DNA from: an uncultured Maribellus sp.
Lineage (GTDB): Bacteria > Bacteroidota > Bacteroidia > Bacteroidales > Prolixibacteraceae
DNA: 62,022 bases
Direction of reading: 5' to 3'
Assembly: GCA_964644015.1 (NCBI GenBank)
Contig: CAZXVT010000004.1
Span: 1-62,022 of the forward strand
A model generated the notes under the pieces. The model saw only the letters and a program-made list of their open reading frames with translations, did not search any database and had not been told where the DNA came from. The first letter of the stretch is position 1. Each line of letters starts with the position of its first letter. This document shows positions 39,864 to 48,633 of the stretch, piece by piece. Both the position numbers and the translations under genes were made by a program.

Positions 39864-42422
39864 ATGGCATTTTTACACGAAATTTTCAACAATCCATTTG
39901 CGAAACGGGAATTGGCAAAGGTTTCTTTACCCATTTGGATTAGCGACAACCTGCGGTTTTCTGTTCGACCTTATCAGGAAGAAGCATTTAAAAGGTTTTT
40001 GTACCTCGACCAGGAAGACATTGACGAAAAACCGAAACGACCATATCATTTGCTTTTTAATATGGCAACAGGAAGTGGAAAGACTCTGATAATGGCGGGT
40101 TTGATGTTGCATCTTTATGAGAAGGGCTATCGTAATTTTCTGTTTTTTGTAAACAGCAACAACATTATTCAAAAAACCAAAGACAATTTTCTTAATTCAC
40201 AGGCTTCGAAATACCTGTTTAATGATAAAATAGTGATAGACAGCAAAGAAGTTTTAATCAAGGAGATTGACAACTTTGAAGAAGCCGACAATCAAAACAT
40301 CAATATCAAGTTTACCACTATTCAGCAACTGCATATCGACCTGAATAATACCAAAGAAAACAGTGTTACATACGAGGATTTTAACGACAAGAAAATTGTT
40401 TTGATTGCCGATGAAGCACACCATTTGGTGGCAGGTACAAAATCGGGCAATCTGTTTGGTAGTTGGGAGGATACGGTGAAGAAGATTCACGATTCCAATT
40501 TTGATAATATCCTGATTGAGTTTACCGCCACCATTGACACCGAAACAGCAACTTTGGTAAAACATTATCAGGATAAAGTTATTTTCAAATACGGCCTGGC
40601 TCAGTTCAGAATTGACAAGTACTCAAAAGAAATCAATCTAATTCGTTCCTATTACGATGAAAAAGACCGAATTATTCAGGCCCTGATTTTAAATTTGTAT
40701 CGTCAGGAACTGGCAACCTCAAACAACATTAATCTGAAACCCGTAATCCTTTTTAAAGCAAAAAAGACGATTAAGGAGTCGGAGCATAATAAAGAAAAAT
40801 TTCACAAGCTTATCGATGATTTTTCAGAGCTGATGGTACAGAAGATTCAGAAAACGTCAACTGTGCCAATCGTTCAGAAAGCATTTCGTTTTTTTAAAGC
40901 TAACAATATTTCTGTCGGTGAGATAGTAAAACGGATTCAAGATTATTTTCGATTTGAAAACTGTCTGAGTGCCAATAATGATGCTGAAGCTGAACAAAAC
41001 CAGATTTTACTGAATACACTTGAAGATGAAAACAATCCAATCCGTGCCGTTTTTGCCGTGCAAAAATTGAATGAAGGTTGGGATGTATTGAATTTGTTTG
41101 ATATCGTACGTTTGTACGAAGACCGTGACGGCAAAGGTGGAAATCCCGGAAAAACAACCCTTTCGGAAGCCCAGTTAATTGGTCGTGGTGCACGATATTA
41201 TCCATTTGCATTGGAAAAGGGACAGGACAAGTTCACCAGAAAGTACGATGATGAAATATCTAATGACCTGAAAACACTTGAAGAATTGTACTATCACACA
41301 AAAGAGGACAGTCGTTACATTTCTGAATTAAAGAAAGCCCTTGTGGAATCGGGTATTTATGAAGATGATGATAACCTCATAACCAAACAACTTACTTTAA
41401 AATTTGAATTCAAGAAAACCGAATTCTATCGCGATGGGCAGGTATTTTTCAATAAAAGAGTTCCTAAAAGCTTCGAAAAGATAAAATCGTTTGCTGATTT
41501 AGGTGTTAAAAAGACCAATCATCGCCATACTTTGTCTTCGGGAGTTGGAAAAATGTCTAAAGCGTTTTTAGAAAATGAAATTTCTACTTCAAAAGATGAA
41601 GTAATGAAATCAAGCATAGTAAAACTGACCGATATTCCGAACCATATAATTCGTTTTGCTTTAAGCCAGAATCCATTTTTTTGTTTTAATAATTTATCGC
41701 ATTACTTTCCAAATGCAGGTTCGATTTCAAATTTTATTGATAATGAAGATTATTTAGGAGGTTTGGCAATTACAATTATTGGTACGAATAATAGTCTTGA
41801 AGAAATTACCCACTTTGACTATTTGCAGGCGTTGAATGGACTTTTACAGAGCATTGAAGCCGATATTAAGAGTAATTCAACAGAATACGAAGGTTCCTCT
41901 TATATCAAGCAACCGGTTTATGAGATTTTTAAAGATAAGGATATTAGGGTATATAAAAACAGTGAACGGGAGGACGGACAGGAAGCATTGGTCGCCAATG
42001 AACCTTGGTATGTTTACAATGCAAATTATGGCACTTCAGAAGAGAAAAATTTTGTAAAACTCTTTGCAAGCCGGTTTGATGGGCTGAACCAGAAATTTGA
42101 AAATATCTTTCTGATTAGAAACGAAAGGGAAGTCAAAATTTTTGACAAGCTTGGCCGTGCATTTGAGCCCGATTTTATTCTATTTTGCAAACAAAAAGGT
42201 GAAAAGGAATTGACTTTTCAGGTTTTCATTGAACCAAAAGGCGACTTCTTAAAAGGACACGACAAATGGAAAGAAGATTTTCTAAAAGAAATTCGAGATA
42301 AAGGAGATATAATAGAAATTCATACTGACACCTATTTGATTACCGGCGTACCATTTTATAATTATTCAGACGAAAACAGATTTGCTAAGGAATTGGAATC
42401 GGTTCTTGATATAGAAAATTGA
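39864..42422 (+). CDS. res: Type III restriction endonuclease (Res), SF2 helicase plus PD-(D/E)xK nuclease
   Basis: MATGSGKT, DEAHH, FTAT, EGWD, QLIGRGAR and C-terminal FEPDF...FIEPKG. Confidence 0.9.
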   Translation: MAFLHEIFNNPFAKRELAKVSLPIWISDNLRFSVRPYQEEAFKRFLYLDQEDIDEKPKRPYHLLFNMATGSGKTLIMAGLMLHLYEKGYRNFLFFVNSNNIIQKTKDNFLNSQASKYLFNDKIVIDSKEVLIKEIDNFEEADNQNINIKFTTIQQLHIDLNNTKENSVTYEDFNDKKIVLIADEAHHLVAGTKSGNLFGSWEDTVKKIHDSNFDNILIEFTATIDTETATLVKHYQDKVIFKYGLAQFRIDKYSKEINLIRSYYDEKDRIIQALILNLYRQELATSNNINLKPVILFKAKKTIKESEHNKEKFHKLIDDFSELMVQKIQKTSTVPIVQKAFRFFKANNISVGEIVKRIQDYFRFENCLSANNDAEAEQNQILLNTLEDENNPIRAVFAVQKLNEGWDVLNLFDIVRLYEDRDGKGGNPGKTTLSEAQLIGRGARYYPFALEKGQDKFTRKYDDEISNDLKTLEELYYHTKEDSRYISELKKALVESGIYEDDDNLITKQLTLKFEFKKTEFYRDGQVFFNKRVPKSFEKIKSFADLGVKKTNHRHTLSSGVGKMSKAFLENEISTSKDEVMKSSIVKLTDIPNHIIRFALSQNPFFCFNNLSHYFPNAGSISNFIDNEDYLGGLAITIIGTNNSLEEITHFDYLQALNGLLQSIEADIKSNSTEYEGSSYIKQPVYEIFKDKDIRVYKNSEREDGQEALVANEPWYVYNANYGTSEEKNFVKLFASRFDGLNQKFENIFLIRNEREVKIFDKLGRAFEPDFILFCKQKGEKELTFQVFIEPKGDFLKGHDKWKEDFLKEIRDKGDIIEIHTDTYLITGVPFYNYSDENRFAKELESVLDIEN

Positions 42423-42434
42423 TATTGTTTCAGA

Positions 42435-42496
42435 TATTTTGGCTAAAGCCGTGTTTGTTGTGCGTCTTTCTTATACAACGCCATAAATGGCGTTGC
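42435..42496 (+). repeat. Right copy of the degenerate 62-bp direct repeat (REP-like)
   Basis: tattttggctaaagcc-N25-caacgccataaatggcgttgc, containing palindromes ggctaaagcc and caacgcca...tggcgttg. A related palindrome agccgtagccttcaggctgcggtt lies at about 42580-42603. Confidence 0.7.
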
Positions 42497-42614
42497 TAGT
42501 CAGGCACGTTTCAGAAGGCTACCGAATTTATTAATCGCAGATGTTTCAAATGCCCAATTAAATTTGAACCACAATGAATAGCCGTAGCCTTCAGGCTGCG
42601 GTTGTCAGTTTATC

Positions 42615-42900
42615 CGTCCCGATAACCTTTCCCCCGCCCGGATAACCCGGCGACCCGGTCGGATAGGTGTTTTTTGCCAACCGGATTGAGTTTTACCCCG
42701 GTCGGATAGGGTGGTGACCCGATCGGATAGCAATTTTTTGTAAAACGGATAGGGTTTTGAGGCGGCCGGATAAGAGGGTGGGCTAGCCCGATTGATTTTC
42801 CCGGCTCCCGGATAGGTATTGTACCCTGCCAGATAGGATGGTGACCCTCCCGGATAGGTGTTTGACCCGTCCGGATAGGGTGGTGACCCTGCCGGATAGG
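42615..42900. repeat. Array of 14 units with about 21-bp period, conserved core (C)CGGATAGG and variable linkers
   Basis: The GAT of the core starts at 42621, 42641, 42662, 42684, 42705, 42726, 42748, 42769, 42790, 42811, 42832, 42853, 42874 and 42895 (spacing 20-22, mostly 21). Confidence 0.92.
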
Positions 42901-42934
42901 AACTTTTTCAAAGCTTTAAAACTTTGGAAAAGTT
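42901..42934. repeat. AT-rich palindrome bounding the array
   Basis: aactttttcaaag ctttaaaa ctttggaaaagtt. Confidence 0.75.
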
Positions 42935-42950
42935 ATCAATGAAATTCATG

Positions 42951-42981
42951 AAAAAGCGGGCAACACAAGGTCGCCCGCTCC
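42951..42981 (-). terminator. Intrinsic terminator of the 43033..43791 gene
   Basis: Minus strand AGCGGGCGAC-CTTGT-GTTGCCCGCT followed by TTTT; the G-U pair works only on the minus strand. Confidence 0.75.
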
Positions 42982-43032
42982 ATCATTAACCTTAAATCTC
43001 AAATTTAACAAGTCAAGTAAAACAAAATCACT

Positions 43033-43791
43033 TTAATCTGTTGTTGTATCATTTCCCGGTTTATCGTCCTCCTTCCCGGCATCACGGTTTTTCTGGTAAA
43101 GAAATTCGCTGCGGTAGCCTTTTAACCGTTTTTCGTTTTTCCAGAACAGGTATTTGCCTGCGTTGCGGATTTCATCCACCAGCTCTTTCATGTGGGTGTA
43201 AGCTTTGTCGCGGATGACTTTTGATTCGTTTTGCAACGATTTATCGCCATTGGCCAGTGCCAGGATGTTAGCCAGTTCATCGGAGGCATTGGCGGCAACT
43301 TCCAGCTTTTCAAGAATGAAATTGATGGCTTCGAGCGGGCCTGTGTTACTTTTGCCTAGCAGCGAAAGGTCGTTTAAATCCTGGATCATGTCGGCATTGG
43401 AATCGCCTTCGGCAATTTCGGCTACGCGCGATAATATCACAGGATCATTGCGGTAGGCATACCTGAAGGTGTGCAGCAGTTCGTCGCGCATGGCAAAGGC
43501 AGCAGGTGCAGCTTCTGCCCATTCACGCTGTGCGTCTAACTGAGTATTACGGTCTTTGAACCAGATGGATTGCGCTTCACGGAGCGCCCCGGCCCTAACG
43601 GGCAGATTGTTGAGAATTTCAGTGGTAATCCCGATGGTTGCCAGCGCTTCGGCATCCATCATACTCCATTTCGCCAGGTTTTCACCTTCCTGCAGATAAG
43701 TGTCAACCGGCATGGCCGGTTCCAGTGTCTTGTCGTCAGGGATGGCCCTGATTGTTTCAATTGTGGCATTGTAATCATCAATGTTCGCCAT
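43033..43791 (-). CDS. Hypothetical protein (252 aa, acidic, apparently all-alpha, no recognised domain)
   Basis: Clean ORF with A-rich start context, its own promoter-like and terminator signals, and no signal peptide or TM helix. Confidence 0.85.
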   Translation of the reverse strand: MANIDDYNATIETIRAIPDDKTLEPAMPVDTYLQEGENLAKWSMMDAEALATIGITTEILNNLPVRAGALREAQSIWFKDRNTQLDAQREWAEAAPAAFAMRDELLHTFRYAYRNDPVILSRVAEIAEGDSNADMIQDLNDLSLLGKSNTGPLEAINFILEKLEVAANASDELANILALANGDKSLQNESKVIRDKAYTHMKELVDEIRNAGKYLFWKNEKRLKGYRSEFLYQKNRDAGKEDDKPGNDTTTD

Positions 43792-44025
43792 AATTTTTTA
43801 CATTTAAACGGTTTTTTAATGGCCCTTTAACGGGCGTTATTTATCTCACTACCGGCGGGTGTTACAGCACCTGCCGGTTTTATTTTCCCGGGTGGTTTTT
43901 AAAACAGTAATTGTCTTTTTTTTTTACTTATTCTCCCGGTTTCCCGGGCAGGGTTTTCAGTTGGTTGCTTATTGTTTATTTTTCGGGTTATTGAATTTTG
44001 CCTGTTGTTTAACTTATTGTGCTCC

Positions 44026-44056
44026 CGAAGATAAACCATTTTACAAAAAGATACAA
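44026..44056 (-). promoter_or_regulatory. Putative Bacteroidota -33/-7 promoter for the orphan gene
   Basis: Minus strand TTG-N20-TATCTTCG (one mismatch to TAnnTTTG), implying a leader of about 230 nt. Confidence 0.45.
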
Positions 44057-44144
44057 CAGGGATGTTGTAAAACATAAAAAGTGGTTATACCGATGCCAGC
44101 GGTATCGTATGTTTATAGAATTTTACAACGGAAATGGAAATCCC

Positions 44145-46286
44145 TTATTTTCTCTTGAATAACCTCGCAATATTTTTCCCCAGTTCGTCAATTTTTTCGA
44201 TGGGTTCAATCAGCGACGGGTTGTTCAGGTCGATGGACTCGTCGTTTACGCCCGACTGCATGGGGTAAACCAGTATAAAATTGTTGGGTACAAAATAGCG
44301 GTTCAGGTACCCCGGAATGGCTTTCATTTTTGTGTGGTACGACAGCTTTTTCTCACGGCTCATTACAATAATCAGCCCGTCGTTTTGCTTTATTTCGCGT
44401 GAAAGAATCAGAAAATCATCCCAATTGTCGAATATTCTGAATTCAGCTTCAATCGGATGTTTAGCGTGTACATCGCGGATTATTTTGTCTGTCTTTTCAG
44501 AGGCATAAAAAATCAGGTTTGCGCCGGTATTTCGCCCGATATTCCAGATTTTCAGCAACCATTCAGAAAAACCAAGTTCAACCTCGGCATTTTTGGGTAT
44601 AATCACCACCTGGTTTTTAACGGTTGAAATGGGTTGTGCCGGTTTGTAAATAAAAGTGGTGACATTGTTTTTAGTGAGAATCCCTTCTGTGAGATTTCCC
44701 AGGAAACCGTCGGAAATGCCCTTTTTTACATGTAATCCCAAAACAAGGTCGGTAATATTGTTTTCGCGGATGACGCTTGAAATGCCGTTTGCCACATTCA
44801 GGTCGAACCTGATTTGGCGGTGCAGTTTTACATCGGTGGCAGCGGCTACGTGTACCGCTTTATCCAGAATTTTATTGGCCTGTTTAACCGCATCGGTTTC
44901 CTCCTCGTTGTTGTTGATGATGCTGAGTCCGTATAATCCGGCGTTGTTTTCCTTCGATTTAATGGTGGTACTCAATGCAACAAGTTCCTCCACATTCTCG
45001 GGGTTGCTCAGCGGTATCAGTATTTTTTCGACGTTTTCATGCTCTTCGGTATCATCGCTGGCTTCCTGTAACGAAATGTTAACAGCGCCTTTCTGGGCAA
45101 CAAAAGTGGCGATGGTGCAGGTTACCAGAATCATAATAATCGTTCCGTTTAAAACTGCATCGTTTAATAACCGGATGGGTTCACCGGAGTCGGTTTGCCC
45201 GATAATGACATTGTACCCAACCAAAACGGCAGCTAGTGTTGCTGCAGCCTGTGCATTGCTCAACCCGAAAATCAGGCGACGTTCGTCAACCGAAAACCGG
45301 AAAGTTTTTTGGGTAAGCCACGCCGCTGCGAATTTTGAAACAGTCGCAACAACCGTCATGGCAATGGCTACTTTTATGGTTTCGAAATCGTTGAAAAATG
45401 CACGATAATCGACAAGCATTCCCACACCAATCAAAAAGAACGGGATAAAAATGGCGTTCCCTACAAAATCGATACGGTTCATCAGCGGCGAGGTCGAAGG
45501 AATCAGCCTGTTTAATGCAAGCCCTGCAAGAAATGCTCCGATAATTCCTTCAATTCCGGCCATTTCGGCTAAAAAGGCGCCGAGGTAAACCATCACGAGC
45601 ACAAAAATATATTGCAGCACATTGTCGTCGAAATGTTTGAAAAACCACCGGGCAATCAGTGGAAAACCAAGCATAACCACCAGACCGAACACAACAACCG
45701 AAATGGATAGTTTTGTCCAGAAAGCCGAATTCACTTCGCCGGTTGACATGCCCACAATTACAGCCAGCACAAGTAATGCAAGCGTGTCGGTTATCATCGT
45801 TCCGCCAACGGCAATATTTACCGCACGGTTTTTTGCCACGTTCAGTTTGCTCAGAATCGGGTAGGCAATCAGCGTGTGAGAAGCAAACATACTGGCCAGC
45901 AAAATTGAAGTCAATAATGAAAATTGCAGGATGTAAATGCCGGTTAAAATACCGATGATCATTGGGATACTAAAAGTATAAAGTCCGAAAATCATGCTTT
46001 TCAGGCTATTCTTTTTAAACTCGGCAAGGTCGATTTCGAGACCGGCTAAAAACATGATGTACAGTAAACCTGCTGTTCCGGTAAGAATAATGCTGCTGTC
46101 GCGTTCGAGCAGGTTGAAACCGAAAGGTCCGATTATCGCGCCTGCTATTATCAATCCCAGGATATGAGGAATTTTGATTTTATTCAGTAAAATAGGAGCA
46201 AACAAAATGATAATAAGAATCACAAGAAACTTGAGAATCGGTTGGGTCAGGGGAAGTGAAAAGTCGTGAACGCTTAATAAAATCAT
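44145..46286 (-). CDS. Cation:proton antiporter (CPA2) with C-terminal universal-stress-protein-like domains
   Basis: GLLYIMFLAGLE, ASHTL, GGTMITDTLAL and IGAFLAGL; soluble C-terminus starting KILIPLSNP. Confidence 0.92.
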   Translation of the reverse strand: MILLSVHDFSLPLTQPILKFLVILIIILFAPILLNKIKIPHILGLIIAGAIIGPFGFNLLERDSSIILTGTAGLLYIMFLAGLEIDLAEFKKNSLKSMIFGLYTFSIPMIIGILTGIYILQFSLLTSILLASMFASHTLIAYPILSKLNVAKNRAVNIAVGGTMITDTLALLVLAVIVGMSTGEVNSAFWTKLSISVVVFGLVVMLGFPLIARWFFKHFDDNVLQYIFVLVMVYLGAFLAEMAGIEGIIGAFLAGLALNRLIPSTSPLMNRIDFVGNAIFIPFFLIGVGMLVDYRAFFNDFETIKVAIAMTVVATVSKFAAAWLTQKTFRFSVDERRLIFGLSNAQAAATLAAVLVGYNVIIGQTDSGEPIRLLNDAVLNGTIIMILVTCTIATFVAQKGAVNISLQEASDDTEEHENVEKILIPLSNPENVEELVALSTTIKSKENNAGLYGLSIINNNEEETDAVKQANKILDKAVHVAAATDVKLHRQIRFDLNVANGISSVIRENNITDLVLGLHVKKGISDGFLGNLTEGILTKNNVTTFIYKPAQPISTVKNQVVIIPKNAEVELGFSEWLLKIWNIGRNTGANLIFYASEKTDKIIRDVHAKHPIEAEFRIFDNWDDFLILSREIKQNDGLIIVMSREKKLSYHTKMKAIPGYLNRYFVPNNFILVYPMQSGVNDESIDLNNPSLIEPIEKIDELGKNIARLFKRK

Positions 46287-46354
46287 AATCTGTTTTTCAG
46301 TTCAGGAATATAGTTATATCGCCTGAAAAATAACCAATGAAAAACAGAATAAGT

Positions 46355-48475
46355 TTACTGTTGCTTGTTTTTACGGGCCATGATAATTTTCCGTTTCATC
46401 CTGAAATTTTTCCCGTTTGTGGCTTTCCTGCTCACTGTCTGGTAATTTTGCTGCGGAAAAACAATCACTTTATTATTTTCCTGGAAATGTTTTTCAAGTT
46501 TGGAAGGAATATGATCGAGGTATTTCTGATACGAAACAGCATCGCTTCGTGCAGATATCAACATCAGTAAATCGTCAGGATCGATCAGTTTCGAAATCTG
46601 GAGAAAATCTTCCCATCCTGTAAATTGCGTAAAACTGATATTCCCGGAAATCCTGTATTTTTTTATAATGTTAATGGCTGAATTGTAAGTTTGTCCAACA
46701 CCAAACATGACAACAGGAATACTAAGTTCTCCTGAAAGTTTCATCATTTTCAGCACCCAGGTTTCAAAACCGATTTCTTTTTCAGCCATCGCAGGAGCCA
46801 GGATGACAATTCTTTTTTGTGTGACCGGTAATTTTTCGAGATGACAGATAAATAAATTTTTATCGACATTGTTGATAATCGAGTAAATTCTTTCGCCAAT
46901 CAGCTTTTCAAGTATTCCTGCTTTTCGGGGCCAGCCCATCACAATAATATCAGCGCTGATTTCTTTGGCCATCCTCGAAATTCCGGCAGTTGCATTTAAA
47001 TCGATGGTGGCGATGGTATTGATACTTACGTCGGCGGCAGCACCGTGTTTTTTAAATTCTTCCAGCTTTTTTCTTGATGCAATGATATTCTGTTCAGCCT
47101 CGTCGTTATTGGGAACCACAGAAAGCACCGTGATGGGGTTTGACGATTTTTTATCTTTTACAAGGATGATAAATTCGAGCAGTTTTTCAATGTTTTGCAG
47201 GTTAGCAATCGGCAGTAAAATGTGTTCATGACTGAAAGTCAGTTTTTCCGACTTTGATAAAATGTCCTCTTTTTCGGAGTACACTATTTTTCTGGCAGCA
47301 CGCTCGGTAACAAGCGATGCCACCACACAGGTAACAAGAATTAAAATAACCGTGCCGTTTAAAATATGTTCGTCGAGAATGCCGGCACGGTAACCAACGA
47401 GGATAACAGCCAGTGTTGCAGCGGCATGTGAAGTGCTTAACCCGAAAATTAACTGACGTTGTGATCCTGAATATTTAAAAACATGCTGCGTGAGAAAGGC
47501 AGCCAGCCATTTCCCGAAAATTGCACCAATTGTTAATACCCCGGCAATAATTAATGCGCGCGGCCCGTTGAAAACCACTGATAGATCGACAAGCATACCA
47601 ACCGAAATCAGAAAAAACGGAATAAATAATGAATTGCCGATAAATTCAATTCTGTTCATCAATGCCGATGTATGTGGTATCAGTCTGTTTAACGCCAATC
47701 CGGCAATAAACGCCCCGATAATGGGTTCAAGTCCGGATAAATGTGCAAGATATGCGGAGAAAAAAACCACAGCCAGCACAAAAATGTAATGGGCGTGTTT
47801 TTCGCTTTCGAGTTTATTAAAGAACCAGCGGGTAATTTTCGGGACAATCCAAAACATGAGAGTCAGGAAAATGGTAAGCGAAACAGCAAGTCTGATCCAG
47901 AATTCAGAATTGAGGTTTCCCTGGCTTTTTCCCATAATTACAGCCAGAATCATTAAAACGGCTGTGTCGGTGAATATTGTTCCACCCACGGTTACCGCAA
48001 CTGCCTCGTTTTTAGTAATTCCCAGTCTGCTGACAATTGGATATGCTACGAGCGTATGTGTTGAAAACATACTGGCAACCAGTAAACTTGCATTGTTATC
48101 ATATCCCAGAACTATCTGGCAGAGTGGAAATCCGATGAGCAACGGAAGCAAAAAGGTGAATATGCCAAACAGGATACTTTTGTTCCGGTTGGTTCTGAAC
48201 TCGTTCATATCGAGATCTAATCCGGCAATGAACATGATGTATAACAAACCGATTGTGGAAAATAAATCGATGGCTATATTCTTCTCCAGAAAATTTAAAC
48301 CATAAGGGCCAATAAGTACGCCAGATAAAATTAACCCGATGATGCCGGGTAATTTAAATTTTCTCATTACGATGGGAGCAATGAGAATAATCATCAGGAT
48401 AAGAGCAAAAATGAGAACCGGGTTGGTTAGCGGAAGATCAAATTCGTGAGCGATATATTCCAGAAAGTTATCCAT
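46355..48475 (-). CDS. Cation:proton antiporter (CPA2) with USP-like C-terminus; tandem paralogue
   Basis: Same motifs (GLLYIMFIAGLD, STHTL, GGTIFTDTAVL), colinear with the neighbouring gene. Confidence 0.92.
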   Translation of the reverse strand: MDNFLEYIAHEFDLPLTNPVLIFALILMIILIAPIVMRKFKLPGIIGLILSGVLIGPYGLNFLEKNIAIDLFSTIGLLYIMFIAGLDLDMNEFRTNRNKSILFGIFTFLLPLLIGFPLCQIVLGYDNNASLLVASMFSTHTLVAYPIVSRLGITKNEAVAVTVGGTIFTDTAVLMILAVIMGKSQGNLNSEFWIRLAVSLTIFLTLMFWIVPKITRWFFNKLESEKHAHYIFVLAVVFFSAYLAHLSGLEPIIGAFIAGLALNRLIPHTSALMNRIEFIGNSLFIPFFLISVGMLVDLSVVFNGPRALIIAGVLTIGAIFGKWLAAFLTQHVFKYSGSQRQLIFGLSTSHAAATLAVILVGYRAGILDEHILNGTVILILVTCVVASLVTERAARKIVYSEKEDILSKSEKLTFSHEHILLPIANLQNIEKLLEFIILVKDKKSSNPITVLSVVPNNDEAEQNIIASRKKLEEFKKHGAAADVSINTIATIDLNATAGISRMAKEISADIIVMGWPRKAGILEKLIGERIYSIINNVDKNLFICHLEKLPVTQKRIVILAPAMAEKEIGFETWVLKMMKLSGELSIPVVMFGVGQTYNSAINIIKKYRISGNISFTQFTGWEDFLQISKLIDPDDLLMLISARSDAVSYQKYLDHIPSKLEKHFQENNKVIVFPQQNYQTVSRKATNGKNFRMKRKIIMARKNKQQ

Positions 48476-48633
48476 GAAAAAATACTCCGGTTATACTTTT
48501 GTACACAAAATCTCAGCAAATAACAGGGGTAAATATAACCAGAATGACGGATAACCGGTCTTTGTTCAACAATAATCTTTTATATTATTGCCAGGTTGGA
48601 AATACAATTCAATTTTAAAAAACAGGCAGAAAT

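Noticed and set aside
42615-42900. CRISPR array call
   Set aside because: The core is about 9 nt and the linkers about 12 nt, far below CRISPR sizes; linkers are partly related to each other; no cas genes are present.
43859-44077. 72-aa hydrophobic plus-strand ORF as a type I toxin
   Set aside because: It has a non-ATG start inside a hairpin, and its hydrophobicity follows from T-rich intergenic sequence; there is no supporting signal.
44656-45408. 250-aa plus-strand ORF and similar long antisense ORFs (3220..3843, 10338..10955, 13333..13860)
   Set aside because: Each lies fully opposite a well-supported gene and shows no motifs.
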